From Phoronis australis (lineage: Eukaryota; Animalia; Phoronida), in the NCBI GenBank assembly GCA_002633005.1, contig NMRA01000102.1, positions 115,076 to 175,691 on the forward strand: DNA of 60,616 nt, in the 5' to 3' direction. Within the stretch, counting starts at the first letter, position 1, and the number at the start of each line of letters is the position of its first letter. The translations under genes and the position numbers were made by a program. Positions 25,911 to 37,134 of this stretch are shown in pieces. Below the pieces are notes generated by a model that was given only the letters and a program-made list of their open reading frames with translations, made no database searches and was not told the origin of the DNA.

Positions 25911-28208
25911 CACCTCCACCCCAACTCTCACTCTCCATCCCCACTCAGCCCGCGGCGTCACAGTGAAGTCAACTCAATCACCTTCAGCTTCTGTTCGCAT
26001 TTAGCGTTCATAGGTAAATCTAATCAAAGTGCACCGAAAATCAATTTTGTGCGTTACCCGTAACCGGACTAAAACAAGGCAGGGTTGAACTCCGGACGCG
26101 ACCAAACCAGTAATTGGTTACGATGTGAACATTTCACTTCCAGAATTGTGGCTGTATGACCCCTAATTTGCGTTATCTTGGTCAGACTGTCATTCCGTGA
26201 GAGAACCAAAAGGTCTCTCTAGGGTCACCGACTCAGATCTTGAAAAAATTGTGTGTACATACATCCTGGTGGGATATCTTCAAAATGCTTTTTTGAAGTT
26301 CTTGGGCCAATATTTTTTATGAATATTTTGGACCAAAATAGCTCAATTTTGGTTCAAAAAGGTTCAGTTAGTGAAGTTGTTCTAAAACGGTATAAAAGAA
26401 CGGAAAAGGAAAAATGTTTATAGTGTTTATGTAGATACTGAACCTCGAGAAGACAGTCTTTGAATTTTCAATGGAGTCTCCGTTAAACTTCAATGGAGTG
26501 CCAAAATTCGGTAAATTTTGCCCAGTTTTGTGTCTCTGATTTTTAGCCATTTTTGAAATGCTCTGGGGACCAGTTCGCGTGGTGCTGGTGATTTCCAATG
26601 ATAATTTTTTATCAGTTTGCTGTCTGACTAAGAAAATTAAAAATAAAAATATGGGCTTTTTGTTTGTTTTCAAGCAACAGCCAATAGATAAACATACCAT
26701 CGCGTATTTTACGGTGCCTGACTACGGGCATTATGTAACTGTATCTCATAAACCTTAGAAAGGGGCTTCATTCATTTTTGCAAATATGTTGCTATGGTAA
26801 TCAAATCAGTCAACGTCAATTTTTAGATACTTTGACTATTCCTGGCCACCTTGCAGTAGTTTCTATAACTACATTTCTTTGGTGAAATTTGGCCAAAACG
26901 TTTCCATTGAGGAAACGATGCCACATGAATGTTTGAGAACGTAGTTTCAATATTAATCTAATTCGATATTTTGTTTTCTGTCTACAATTGTACGTGAGGA
27001 TGACTTTTGATTAAAATCGAAACGTCGTTTCAATGCTGCACTCTAGCGTCGATTTTCTTTTCCACGTCTTTATTTTAATTTACCCAAAAACTAATATCAT
27101 TTACATGCATGCATGTTTTTGAACGAGTCTAACCTGTGCTGCCACAACACAGACAGTTTTAGCACTTAGTAAACCGTTCGTGCGTCTAACCTGATTGCCC
27201 CCCCCCCNCCGCCCCGTCAGCTGCTAACTGGTGCCCTGGTAACGTCCATCTTATTTACCTAATAATCGTTATATTAAATACATAAAGTCACTTTAATCTG
27301 ATTTTTTTCATTTTTACATGATGCTAATCATTGAACCCATTCCACCCAAATCTGATTTTGACACTTGTTGTCACACTCCCACGAGAGATAAAAATGACAT
27401 TCACATCTCTTACTCATAAAAACATTGGACGCACGGGTTTCAAAATGTTCATTTTAACTAAGGCTTACACCTAGCAAAGTGATCTCAGTACAAATTAATA
27501 AGCAAACTAAAATGGTCCTAACAGGCTTTTGCCACAGAAAGTAACTTAGAATGTATTTTGGAAATTTTCAGCAATGCAGGTGGATCAAGCTCACGTTAAG
27601 TATGAAAGTAGACATGCATAATTGTTACCATGGCGACTGAGTACCAAAAAGTTTTCGTCCTTAAACCAGAACTTGACTAGCATGATAAATGGTATAATAA
27701 AGGTATGACGCCGAAGGATTGGAATAAGCTTCACCCTTCATAATCCAAACGTAACCCATTTCAGTAAATCAAGTAAGATTTTTCACATTTTGTTGCTTTG
27801 GTATATCTTGAAGTAGAAAATAACTAGTTACAAAACATGAACCAAAAGCGCATTTTGTGCCCAGAATTTAGAAAAATATGTGTATTGTTGTGACACATAA
27901 TCATACCTTGAACAGCTGACTTTCAAACAAAAAAAACGATTTCAGAATAATTTCAACAGAATTTAGCAGAATGCAAGGTCAATTGAATGAGTACTTCACA
28001 TCGAATTAAATATAAGATTCATAATACTTATGGCATAAGCACCGAAAAATTGTACAAAACTGTTTTTTGTAGCGGTGTATCTGCAAATATATTATAAATA
28101 AATCTTCACCGATGACAATGTACCCAGTTGAACATGCCTTTCAGTTCAGAAAAGTCGCTGTGTTGTCCACTCAAATAAATTACACCTGCGTGATTAAATT
28201 CTGGTGTT

Positions 28209-28443
28209 AACTCTTGGACTGTACAGAATGGTAGGTAAAGTAAACTCTTGGATTGTACAGAATGGTAGGTAAAGTAAACTCTTGGATTGTACAGAATGGT
28301 AGGTAAAGTAAACTCTTAGATTGTACAGAATGGTAGGTAAAGTAAACTCTTAGATTGTACAGAATGGTAGGTAAAGTAAACTCTTGGATTGTACAGAATG
28401 GTAGGTAAAGTAAACTCTTGGATTGTACAGAATGGTAGGTAAA
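28209..28443. repeat. 34-bp minisatellite, about 7 copies
   Basis: AACTCTTGGATTGTACAGAATGGTAGGTAAAGTA repeated. Confidence 0.95.
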
Positions 28444-30507
28444 CATATGTGTTACTAAATTTTACTGCTAGAACATTTGTGAAAATAATGCTTAAGCACT
28501 TTAAATATGTAATTTATGCTGTTGGCATTGCAAGATAGCCGACCTGACCGAAATAAAGTCAAAATTTGTCACAAAAATAGCGGTAATAACTTTTGAATGT
28601 ACCATGCAATTTTGACATTCTTTCATTTTTTTATTTCAGACATTGATGACTTTCCTGCGATGTAAGATTTCGTCTCCAAAGTGAAAAAAAATTTCGGTTC
28701 GACCGCTCCATACAGTCTCGAACCCTCAATCCAAAAGAATTTTTCATAAAAAAGCTAAATTGCCTTGAAATATTGCAAAAATCAGAATATTTCATTAAAA
28801 ATCACAGGAATTATTCATGTCAGCCTAAAAATTGTCTCTAAGGTCGTCAACTGCTTTGGGTATTGGCACCAGGCAATTATGTTATCACTTGTGCCTGTGT
28901 AATCTTTGAACCATGGTCAGTTATGAACGCTTAATGAGTGAAATGGTAATGTGGATGTCAGACAGCCTTATGGTCCCTAAAATGTTGATTCATATTAATT
29001 ATCTTTCTTGAAACCATTTTAAATGTAACGAAGTTACAAAAACATTCTTGTAAAAATGTAGAATACGCAACATTGGGTCATTTTTAGAACAAAAATCGAC
29101 AAACCCATTCGAGAGATTTTTTAAAATTTGTTCACATATCCAAGATCAGTCCAAAAACATAAACTTCAATGTCCACAGCCCCGCAAACTGGCTTGTAGAA
29201 GCAACTGAGTGGCACCCACCCAGGAATTCCACGGCGGGGGGGTTCGGGGACCTTCCAAGAAATTTTCAGAATTTAGGGGCGTAAACGTGAATTCTTGTGC
29301 ATCTTAGCCTATTTTTGTTTAATCGTTCAACAGGTATTTAGAAAATCAAGACTCGATTATGACATTCAATACTTTGACGTCCTTAAAATCCATTGGTAAA
29401 ACTTTCTGATAATCCTAAAAAGATCACGTCTGACAGTCTTCTACACAAGCTAGTGTCGCACGAAAACCTCACGTTTTATAAGTATTGCTTTTCTGGAAAC
29501 GATTTTCAAAAGGAATGCTATTATTGGAATTCTTCGAGATGTCGATCTAATTTCTCCATTATTAGGCAGTGTTAACAAATAGTGGTCTTCATTTGCATAA
29601 TTCCTAGCATTACTGCAACTTATCCCTCTTCTACATATGTCGCTGTCCACGTGGCTTCTGTAAGGTTTTGCTGTCTTTTTTCCTTTGAACCCTGCGCTTC
29701 TAGGCTTTCGTCTTGTTTTTCTCAAAATTTCCGTAATTTTTGCCCGAATTTGGGGGCTAAATGCTCACGGGCCCCTCTCTGCCCCCCCGCTTCCCACCCA
29801 AAAAGTCCCCCGCTTTCCCGCTTAGTACGTCTATGGTCCAAAGAACTGTGGTTCGTGAGGAAAAAATCAATTCGGAAGAAAAAATGGGATGAATGAGTAA
29901 ATAACTTGAAAGAAGTAGTCAGTATAGTAGAATGACAACAGGTCAATATTTTGCACCTTAAAGTTTTGTCTGCTCAGCCAGGAATTTCCATGGCCTGTAA
30001 CATTTTTAAATGTTATACGCCATGACTTTGATGTGCAAAACACATCAAAGTCAATGGCGTAACCAGAACTGTGGGCTCATTTTATAAGGCAGAATAAGCT
30101 GCTATTGGTCGGCAGTCATAGGCTTACAATACTCTTATTCAAGCCTATAAAAAGTACTCCAACTTTCAGAAATAATACGCGTCTCAGTTCGTGCATCGTG
30201 AATAAAGGGCGACTATGTCAGTTTAGGTATTCTGCAAGAAACCTCTACCTCGGAGAATACAAACCTGCTGCTTTTCTGATTCAGTATATACATGTTCATA
30301 CACGTACACACTCATACACACATATATAATATACATATGTACACATATATATAATATATTTCTATTTAATGGTTAGTAAACATTTCTAAAAATTGTCAAT
30401 GTTGACTTTTGACTTTTTTCAGCCTCAACATGACTTCTCCGTTCAATTCGACAATAGCCTTCCGTGCACAAAATTGTTTGTTCTTATTAGTATCCTGAAG
30501 CTGGTTA

Positions 30508-31047
30508 TTATAGTCGAGCTTGATGTCTTTTGATTAGTACCCCAGCAACAACGCCCATAGTTATTGCGCCAATGGCCATGGTCGGTAAAAGCCATGTCCC
30601 TGTTTTTGTCGGATTTTCCTCTTCCTTCTTGACAATTTCTTTCAATGAACTTGCGTCTACTGCAGGCGTCGAATTTACTGCTATATCCAATTCACTAATC
30701 ACACCTTCGCTTCGGGAAGCAATCGGAGAAGCCACGGGGTGATGAATTTTAGCCTGTGGGATAATTTTAATCTTTACTAGAGTGCCCGTTTGTGATCTGA
30801 ATTTGGACACCGCATTCGCGTGAGTCAGGGATTTCAGCGGCTGACCGTTCACCTCAACGAGTTTGTCCCCGACTTTTAGTTGACCATCTTTTTCGGCAGC
30901 GCCACCCGGGTGAATTTTGGTGACGAATATCCCCGTGTCATGCTTATAATAAGGATGATCAGTTCCGCCGCGGATATTAAAACCTAAACCAGCGCTCGTT
31001 CTCTTCAGTGTTATATAACTAAAGTCCGATGGCAAATATCCGTCCAT
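30508..31047 (-). CDS. SYNJ2BP: Synaptojanin-2-binding protein / OMP25-like: PDZ domain plus C-terminal tail anchor, 179 aa, intronless
   Basis: PDZ with GLGFNIRGGTD...GIFVTKI...GAAEKDGQLKVGDKLVEVNG...THANAV, then a hydrophobic helix followed by basic KRHQARL. Confidence 0.88.
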   Translation of the reverse strand: MDGYLPSDFSYITLKRTSAGLGFNIRGGTDHPYYKHDTGIFVTKIHPGGAAEKDGQLKVGDKLVEVNGQPLKSLTHANAVSKFRSQTGTLVKIKIIPQAKIHHPVASPIASRSEGVISELDIAVNSTPAVDASSLKEIVKKEEENPTKTGTWLLPTMAIGAITMGVVAGVLIKRHQARL

Positions 31048-31233
31048 TTATATGAAATAATGTGGGTGAAGTGCTTGAAAAAACGCGATTTCTTACTATT
31101 TCGTTCCGCAGTTGCTACAAGATTTATTGTGACGTACGGATGATTTAGTATAATAACCTAAAATACTCCAATGTCATAAACGGTAAATAACATAGGCCTA
31201 ATATATTCACAGTTGGAGTAGCGATAATGAATT

Positions 31234-31940
31234 NNNNNNNNNNNNNNNNNNNNNNNNNNNNNNNNNNNNNNNNNNNNNNNNNNNNNNNNNNNNNNNNNNN
31301 NNNNNNNNNNNNNNNNNNNNNNNNNNNNNNNNNNNNNNNNNNNNNNNNNNNNNNNNNNNNNNNNNNNNNNNNNNNNNNNNNNNNNNNNNNNNNNNNNNNN
31401 NNNNNNNNNNNNNNNNNNNNNNNNNNNNNNNNNNNNNNNNNNNNNNNNNNNNNNNNNNNNNNNNNNNNNNNNNNNNNNNNNNNNNNNNNNNNNNNNNNNN
31501 NNNNNNNNNNNNNNNNNNNNNNNNNNNNNNNNNNNNNNNNNNNNNNNNNNNNNNNNNNNNNNNNNNNNNNNNNNNNNNNNNNNNNNNNNNNNNNNNNNNN
31601 NNNNNNNNNNNNNNNNNNNNNNNNNNNNNNNNNNNNNNNNNNNNNNNNNNNNNNNNNNNNNNNNNNNNNNNNNNNNNNNNNNNNNNNNNNNNNNNNNNNN
31701 NNNNNNNNNNNNNNNNNNNNNNNNNNNNNNNNNNNNNNNNNNNNNNNNNNNNNNNNNNNNNNNNNNNNNNNNNNNNNNNNNNNNNNNNNNNNNNNNNNNN
31801 NNNNNNNNNNNNNNNNNNNNNNNNNNNNNNNNNNNNNNNNNNNNNNNNNNNNNNNNNNNNNNNNNNNNNNNNNNNNNNNNNNNNNNNNNNNNNNNNNNNN
31901 NNNNNNNNNNNNNNNNNNNNNNNNNNNNNNNNNNNNNNNN
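31234..31940. other. Assembly gap
   Basis: Run of N. Confidence 1.
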
Positions 31941-34146
31941 ACTCTGCGACTGGACTCCTCGTGTCTGACAGAGACAAAGCTTAAGTACACAATTTCAACC
32001 AATCAGACACGATCTGAAGGGCAAGGCCCATAGCTCCTAGCTTCTGACCATATTTGGCCATGTCCAAAGGACTCAACATCATAGGAAAATTCCATACGTA
32101 ATACACAGCTTGACCACTAGAGGGCGCATATATCTTACTTACATAATCATGTCCAGGGCACTCCTGTTACATAATGAAAGCTTTCATTACATTGATATTG
32201 AAAAAGGTCACTTGCAACTTACAGCAAAAACACGACTCCTTCGTTTGTTTCCACTTCCGTCAGAATAAGATCTCAAGGCTTGCTCTTGTTTCTAAATGGC
32301 ATTCAATCAAAACCTAGGTCATTAGGTTAACTTTTGACATCTTTTCACAAATCACGACATCAAGTTACAGCTGGGCACTAGAGGTCCCTGATTTAGGGAA
32401 TCAATTTCATCCACTAAATAATGGACCTGTTATTCAGTAATTGCCTGTTTTCTAAATTGGGGACCACTGTATCCGACCAGTGCCTTACGACTGAGTTACT
32501 CAGCGATAAAATGGAGTCAAGAGTAAGACGTTAGTGTGAAAAAAATTGATATTTCTGCATATACTGCTGACTTCTTTCTTTAAATGACTTTTTATGCGCC
32601 CACATATTTATATGTGGATGCATTATGCTGTCATCCATGTCCGCCTGTCTGTCCGGTATTCATTCGGCGTCAGTACAGCGTCCGGCATCCGCTGCGCTAA
32701 CTCCAAAACCCTTTGACGTATGTTCATGAAATTTTGCACATGTGTTCCTTTCATGTATGGGACAGCGTGAGCAAACTTTCGGACAGATTCGAGTACGGGT
32801 GTGCCCCCTAGTGGCTAGTGGCAATTTTAGTTTTGTATGTTTACCTCTGTATCTTCAAAGGTCCTCAACGCATTTTAATAAAATTTGCCATCTATCAGGG
32901 AGTTGGTGCTATCCTGTTTTCGGAGGGTTCGAGAATCTTTATTAAATTTATTTTGTGTGTAATCGGGACGCTCGGAGTCGTCTCGTTATCGAGCCTGGAC
33001 AGGACTTGTGAACTATTTTAGCGTTATATCGAACAAACTTTTAAGAAAAAAGGAAACAATCGCCAAGTTGTAGTATATGGTATGCAGCATTTAGTAACTA
33101 AACAAAACAGTAACAGTCGCTAGTACGTTAACTCACAGACAATCTTGAGTTGCGTTGTCGGACAATGTCGGTCTTTGTTCGGGGGTGTAAGTGCGGTGAG
33201 CGTGCGTTTGTGATTGATGCGTCTTGTTAGACAATTAAACCCCAGCGCGAAGAACTTGTATGATAACGACCACTTGCTTTTGGAGTAAATATGGGTGAAT
33301 TTAGATATATAGCCGAAAGTTTAAGGGGCTAAACCTTAGTGGGGTTACGCATTCATAAGTGCGAGCTCTGCTTTGGTTGAATTTGGTAGAGCCGAAATGT
33401 CTGGTCTGTACGATGCTAGAAGAAGTGACCGAACTCCCCTAAACCCAAGGTGGCCCACAATTCATAGAGGGTGTCACATGACAAACTGGGCCAATGACAA
33501 GTCACCAAGTTAAAGTTCTTGGAATTCATGGTCCCTGACCAAATAAGGTATGACCAAATTATACGAATGCACTAGTACCGACGATAACCAACAGATGTCA
33601 TGCTAATACACGGACAGAGATGAGATCATTCCTGTTACACTGCTCCCGTCTTAGATTGAGCCACAGGGTGGATCAATCCAAGACGATCATTTCCAAAAGA
33701 ACCAGGAATAGACCTCATCCAACAAATTCAAAACAATACTCAATAAATTTCTAGCTAACTGACGTTCAAAACATACCCGCAAGCAAGATGAACATTATAC
33801 GCGCTGCCGCGAACGCGCGAACACTGAGGTGTGGCCAGCGCCTGAAACAAAAACAGAAACTAATTCTAATACACTTCGAGTAAAAATACATGAAATATAA
33901 ATGCAAAAATATACGGATCCTAATATGTGTGTACATCTACTGAAAAAGTAATTACAGGTCACAAAAAGAAAACTAAGAGCAAAACTAAATACATGTCAAA
34001 TAGTCTCGGCCCCCCGACACAGGGCAAGAAAAACGCCGCGGGTTCGCAACCGTGAACACGCGTCCCTTGCCGTCCCACATCAGGACCTTGTCCCTGGGAA
34101 GGGTTGGACCGTAGACCCTCTCCATGGTGTTGGTTGCCACCTCCTG

Positions 34147-34470
34147 TCACCTTTCCCTTGCCGCGTCAGTCTTTACTCGATTGCGGTTCTTCTTCCACTC
34201 TTTGTCTATGCCTTTGTGGCCGTACGTGCTGCTGTGCCTCCTCGCCGAGTGCGCAGACGTGCTCTTGGCACCACAGGTCCAACATTGTACTCCTTTAGAT
34301 GGCGAGCGCACATCTTCTCGTGTCGTTTTAGTTTAAAATATTTGTTGAATACTACCCCTCATTCCTTGCAGGAATAGCACCGTTCTCTCACTCGCTGAGG
34401 TGCCGACACTGCTTCCTCCGATGTTCCCACTAGTAGGCTCTCCACCTCTTCCGGATGCGGATGAAGATCC
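34147..34470 (-). pseudogene. Degenerate two-zinc-finger ORF between the Gypsy integrase and the 3' LTR
   Basis: TTTTTTTTGCAG acceptor, then DLHPHPEE...YSCKE*GVVFNKYFKLKRHEKMC, frameshift, VQCWTCGAKSTSAHSARRHSSTYGH...ARER*. Confidence 0.6.
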
Positions 34471-34879
34471 CTGCAAAAAAAACATTGTTTGAAATACGGG
34501 GGCTGGGAATCTATGGGGTTCACGGGATCCTCCCTCTACTGCCAGGTGGATTGTTAGCCACTGTCCGGTTGAAACCCCGGGTTCGACCTCAAGTGCTGCA
34601 AGTGTACCTCCCAAGAAAACTTTAAAAATCATCAAAGCGTTTGGGCTTTCTTATAATTCTGCCCCTCCTGTTCCTCATAGGGACCATGGCCACATCTACA
34701 ATTTCCAAGGGATCGCCGAAATCCTTTGAAGCGAGTCTTGGCATAATGCCTTTCCCACGACCTCGGCTACAGCATTCCTTGAGGGGGCATGCACCCCTGC
34801 GGGTTGGCTCTGGGTACTCTTGTTATGGTACTCTCCTACGTCCGTGCCCCCGCTGTCCTCTACGTCACCGTCTTCGTTT

Positions 34880-35595
34880 CCACTCTTGCACGGCTTCAGG
34901 TGATCTACATGCACGACAACCGACCTGTCAGCTCCCTCTGTATATCACAGAGAACATCGCTGACTCTTGAACGGACCTCGAAGGGGCCTGACCAACCAAG
35001 ACCTAACTTCTGGTTCACCGTCGAGGATACCATCGAAAAACAAGGTTACCTTGTTCAAAATGGCAAAATTTTTCCCTCCTGTCGTAATATCTCTTTTGGC
35101 ATCAAAAGCTTCCCCCCAAGTTCTCTCTGGCAGTTTCCCAAGCCGACTCCAGGATGTCGCCCAGCCATTCAACGTATTCTGGTGCCAGGATGACCATCCG
35201 AAGGCTGAGGCGCCATCACGTCCATGGGCAGAGACACCTCCCTACCAAATACCATGCGGTGTGGCGAAAAACCAATGCTGTCATGGACAGCTGAGCGGTA
35301 AGCCATGAGCACGTAAGGTAGATGGTCGTCCCAATCGTGCCTGTGTTCGTCCGCGAACATGGCTAATATCTTCTGCAGCGTGCGGTTGAACCTCTCCACC
35401 ATGCCGTCCAACTGGGGCCTGTAGGGGGTGGTCCGGGTCTTCTTTATACCTAGCTTGCGGCAGAGCTCTGCAAACAACTTACTTTTGAACTCTCTCTGTT
35501 GGCCGGTGTGGAGGTACTGAGGGACGCCAAATCGCGCAACAAACTCCGTCATCAGCTTGTCGGCTACCATAAGTGCAGTGTGGTTAGGGATAGCG
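34880..35595 (-). pseudogene. Gypsy integrase core and GPY/F region, disrupted
   Basis: FVARFGVPQYLHTGQQREFKSKLF...RTTPYRPQLDGMVERFNRTL...WDDHLPYVLMAYRS...GFSP; downstream GWSGPFEV and VDHLKPC in shifted frames. Confidence 0.9.
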
Positions 35596-36663
35596 TGTCA
35601 TGCTAATACAGAAACAGAGAGATCATTCCTGTTACATTTGTATTTATATGAAGTTAACAACAGACGACGATAACTTTTAAACTGATCCGACGAAGGCTGT
35701 GAACCCTAGTGGCAATTTCATTTTTTTCCGTTTTCCTTTGTTTCTCTGAAGTTCCGGAGTCGCCTTGGAGTCGGAGGACCGACTGAAAAACAACACTTCC
35801 TGAAAGGAAATTCGACCGTAACCGGTTATTCGTTGGATTGGAATCGTGGGATGTGAGTGAAATTCTTTTTTTTGATCCCATGTGCAATCCCGTGCCGGCA
35901 GTACTTGCTAAGTTGGATGCTAGCACTAGGCCTGACCACCTGAGTGCGATTTTCTACGTGCTGCCGAAAGGGTATACAAAGTGCTATTTTCGTTACTGCA
36001 AATATGTTTTAAATTGCAGTTTACGTATTCCAATTTATTTTGACATTTTTCGTGTTCTATTTTATAACTCGAGTTCTGCAGTTCAAAAGAGAAGTGATCA
36101 CGTGACAGATTCTGAATGATCTGATTGGTCTAAGCCATTGTTTACAAATTCTGCCAGCCTATTTTCAGTGTCCTTGTAGTTATTTCTTATGTCACATAGT
36201 TTGTTCCACACCAGGGTGGCTTATGAACAATTTAGTCCTGTAATTACTGTTTGAAACTGAAAAGTTTGGCCAACTTAGGATTGAGATTGATGTATTCTAT
36301 AGTTTAACTTTAAAGTATGTTGTTTTTGACTTTCATTTTTCCATGCTAATAGTTGGGGAATGAGCCACAGGTTTTTGTCTTGACTTTTTCCATTTGCGTT
36401 GGAATTAAATTTTTTTGTTGGAATTAAATGTGTGTGTGTTTCAGGCTCTCCAGATAATCTCTGGATCGATTTTCAAATTCTTTTTGTAATTTTGTATCAT
36501 AATTATAAGAACTGAAAATAATTCTATAAGTCTCCCTGCAGCAAATCAAGAATAAGCTCCTGCCACTCACACTGCATTTTTTTCATCATTATCTTTATTA
36601 TTTTAATTTTAAAAAAATATCTTTTGTTGCATCTAATTGCCTTCATTGTTGTTGCTGAAATAG

Positions 36664-36670
36664 ATGTCAG
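36664..36670 (+). CDS. ADAT3: ADAT3 candidate first coding exon (ATG TCA G)
   Basis: ATGTCAG|GTACTG gives phase 1, matching the next exon (MSGHHKK). Other starts cannot be excluded. Confidence 0.4.
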
Positions 36671-36846
36671 GTACTGCTTAAGATGAGTGCGTTTTGCCAA
36701 CACGACACAGTTACAGGGCATCTTGTGATAATAATGTTTACTTTCGATTTGTTGAGGTATGGTTTAGATTGAAATGTGTACTTAGGGCCGTAAAAGTTTC
36801 CTCTTTTTTGTCATGGGTCATTCCAAGCCCTGTTTACTATTTTCAG

Positions 36847-36924
36847 GTCATCACAAGAAGTCCCGGTCCTGGGTTATACAGGAAGTGTTTAATGATAACA
36901 TCATTAACACAGACATCCACTTTG
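36847..36924 (+). CDS. ADAT3: ADAT3 coding exon 2
   Basis: tttcAG...GTAATA; HHKKSRSWVIQEVFNDNIINTDIHF; phase 1/1. Confidence 0.7.
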
Positions 36925-37134
36925 GTAATACCACAGCAATCATAAAATAAGGACATCCACATTTAGAGAAACTTTGAGAAAAGTGTAGGGACACAAATCT
37001 GGAACCTTCAAACATGAGTTACAGTAGTTACCTAAAAACAAAAACTCTTAGTTCTGGAACACAAGTTGCAGACCTTAAAGCACCTTTGAAGCATTAATGG
37101 TGGCAGTGTATTTTGGGCTAAGTTTATTATTTAA

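Larger units (their letters stand above)
32956..35636 (-). mobile_element. Internally deleted Ty3/Gypsy LTR retrotransposon
   Basis: TG...CA 3' LTR at about 32956-33638 preceded on - by the purine tract AGACGGGAGCAG; 41-bp 5' LTR stub at 35596-35636 matching 33596-33638; TTTG TSD; integrase core. Confidence 0.85.
32589..35755 (+). mobile_element. HINE/DINE-1-like element split by the Gypsy insertion (halves 32589-32955 and 35637-35755)
   Basis: Family 5' hairpin at 32589; the monomer AATCTTTATTAAATTTATTTTG|TATTTATATGAAG rejoins across the insertion. Confidence 0.75.

Noticed and set aside
31145-32033. Three long ORFs in the track
   Set aside because: They span the N gap.
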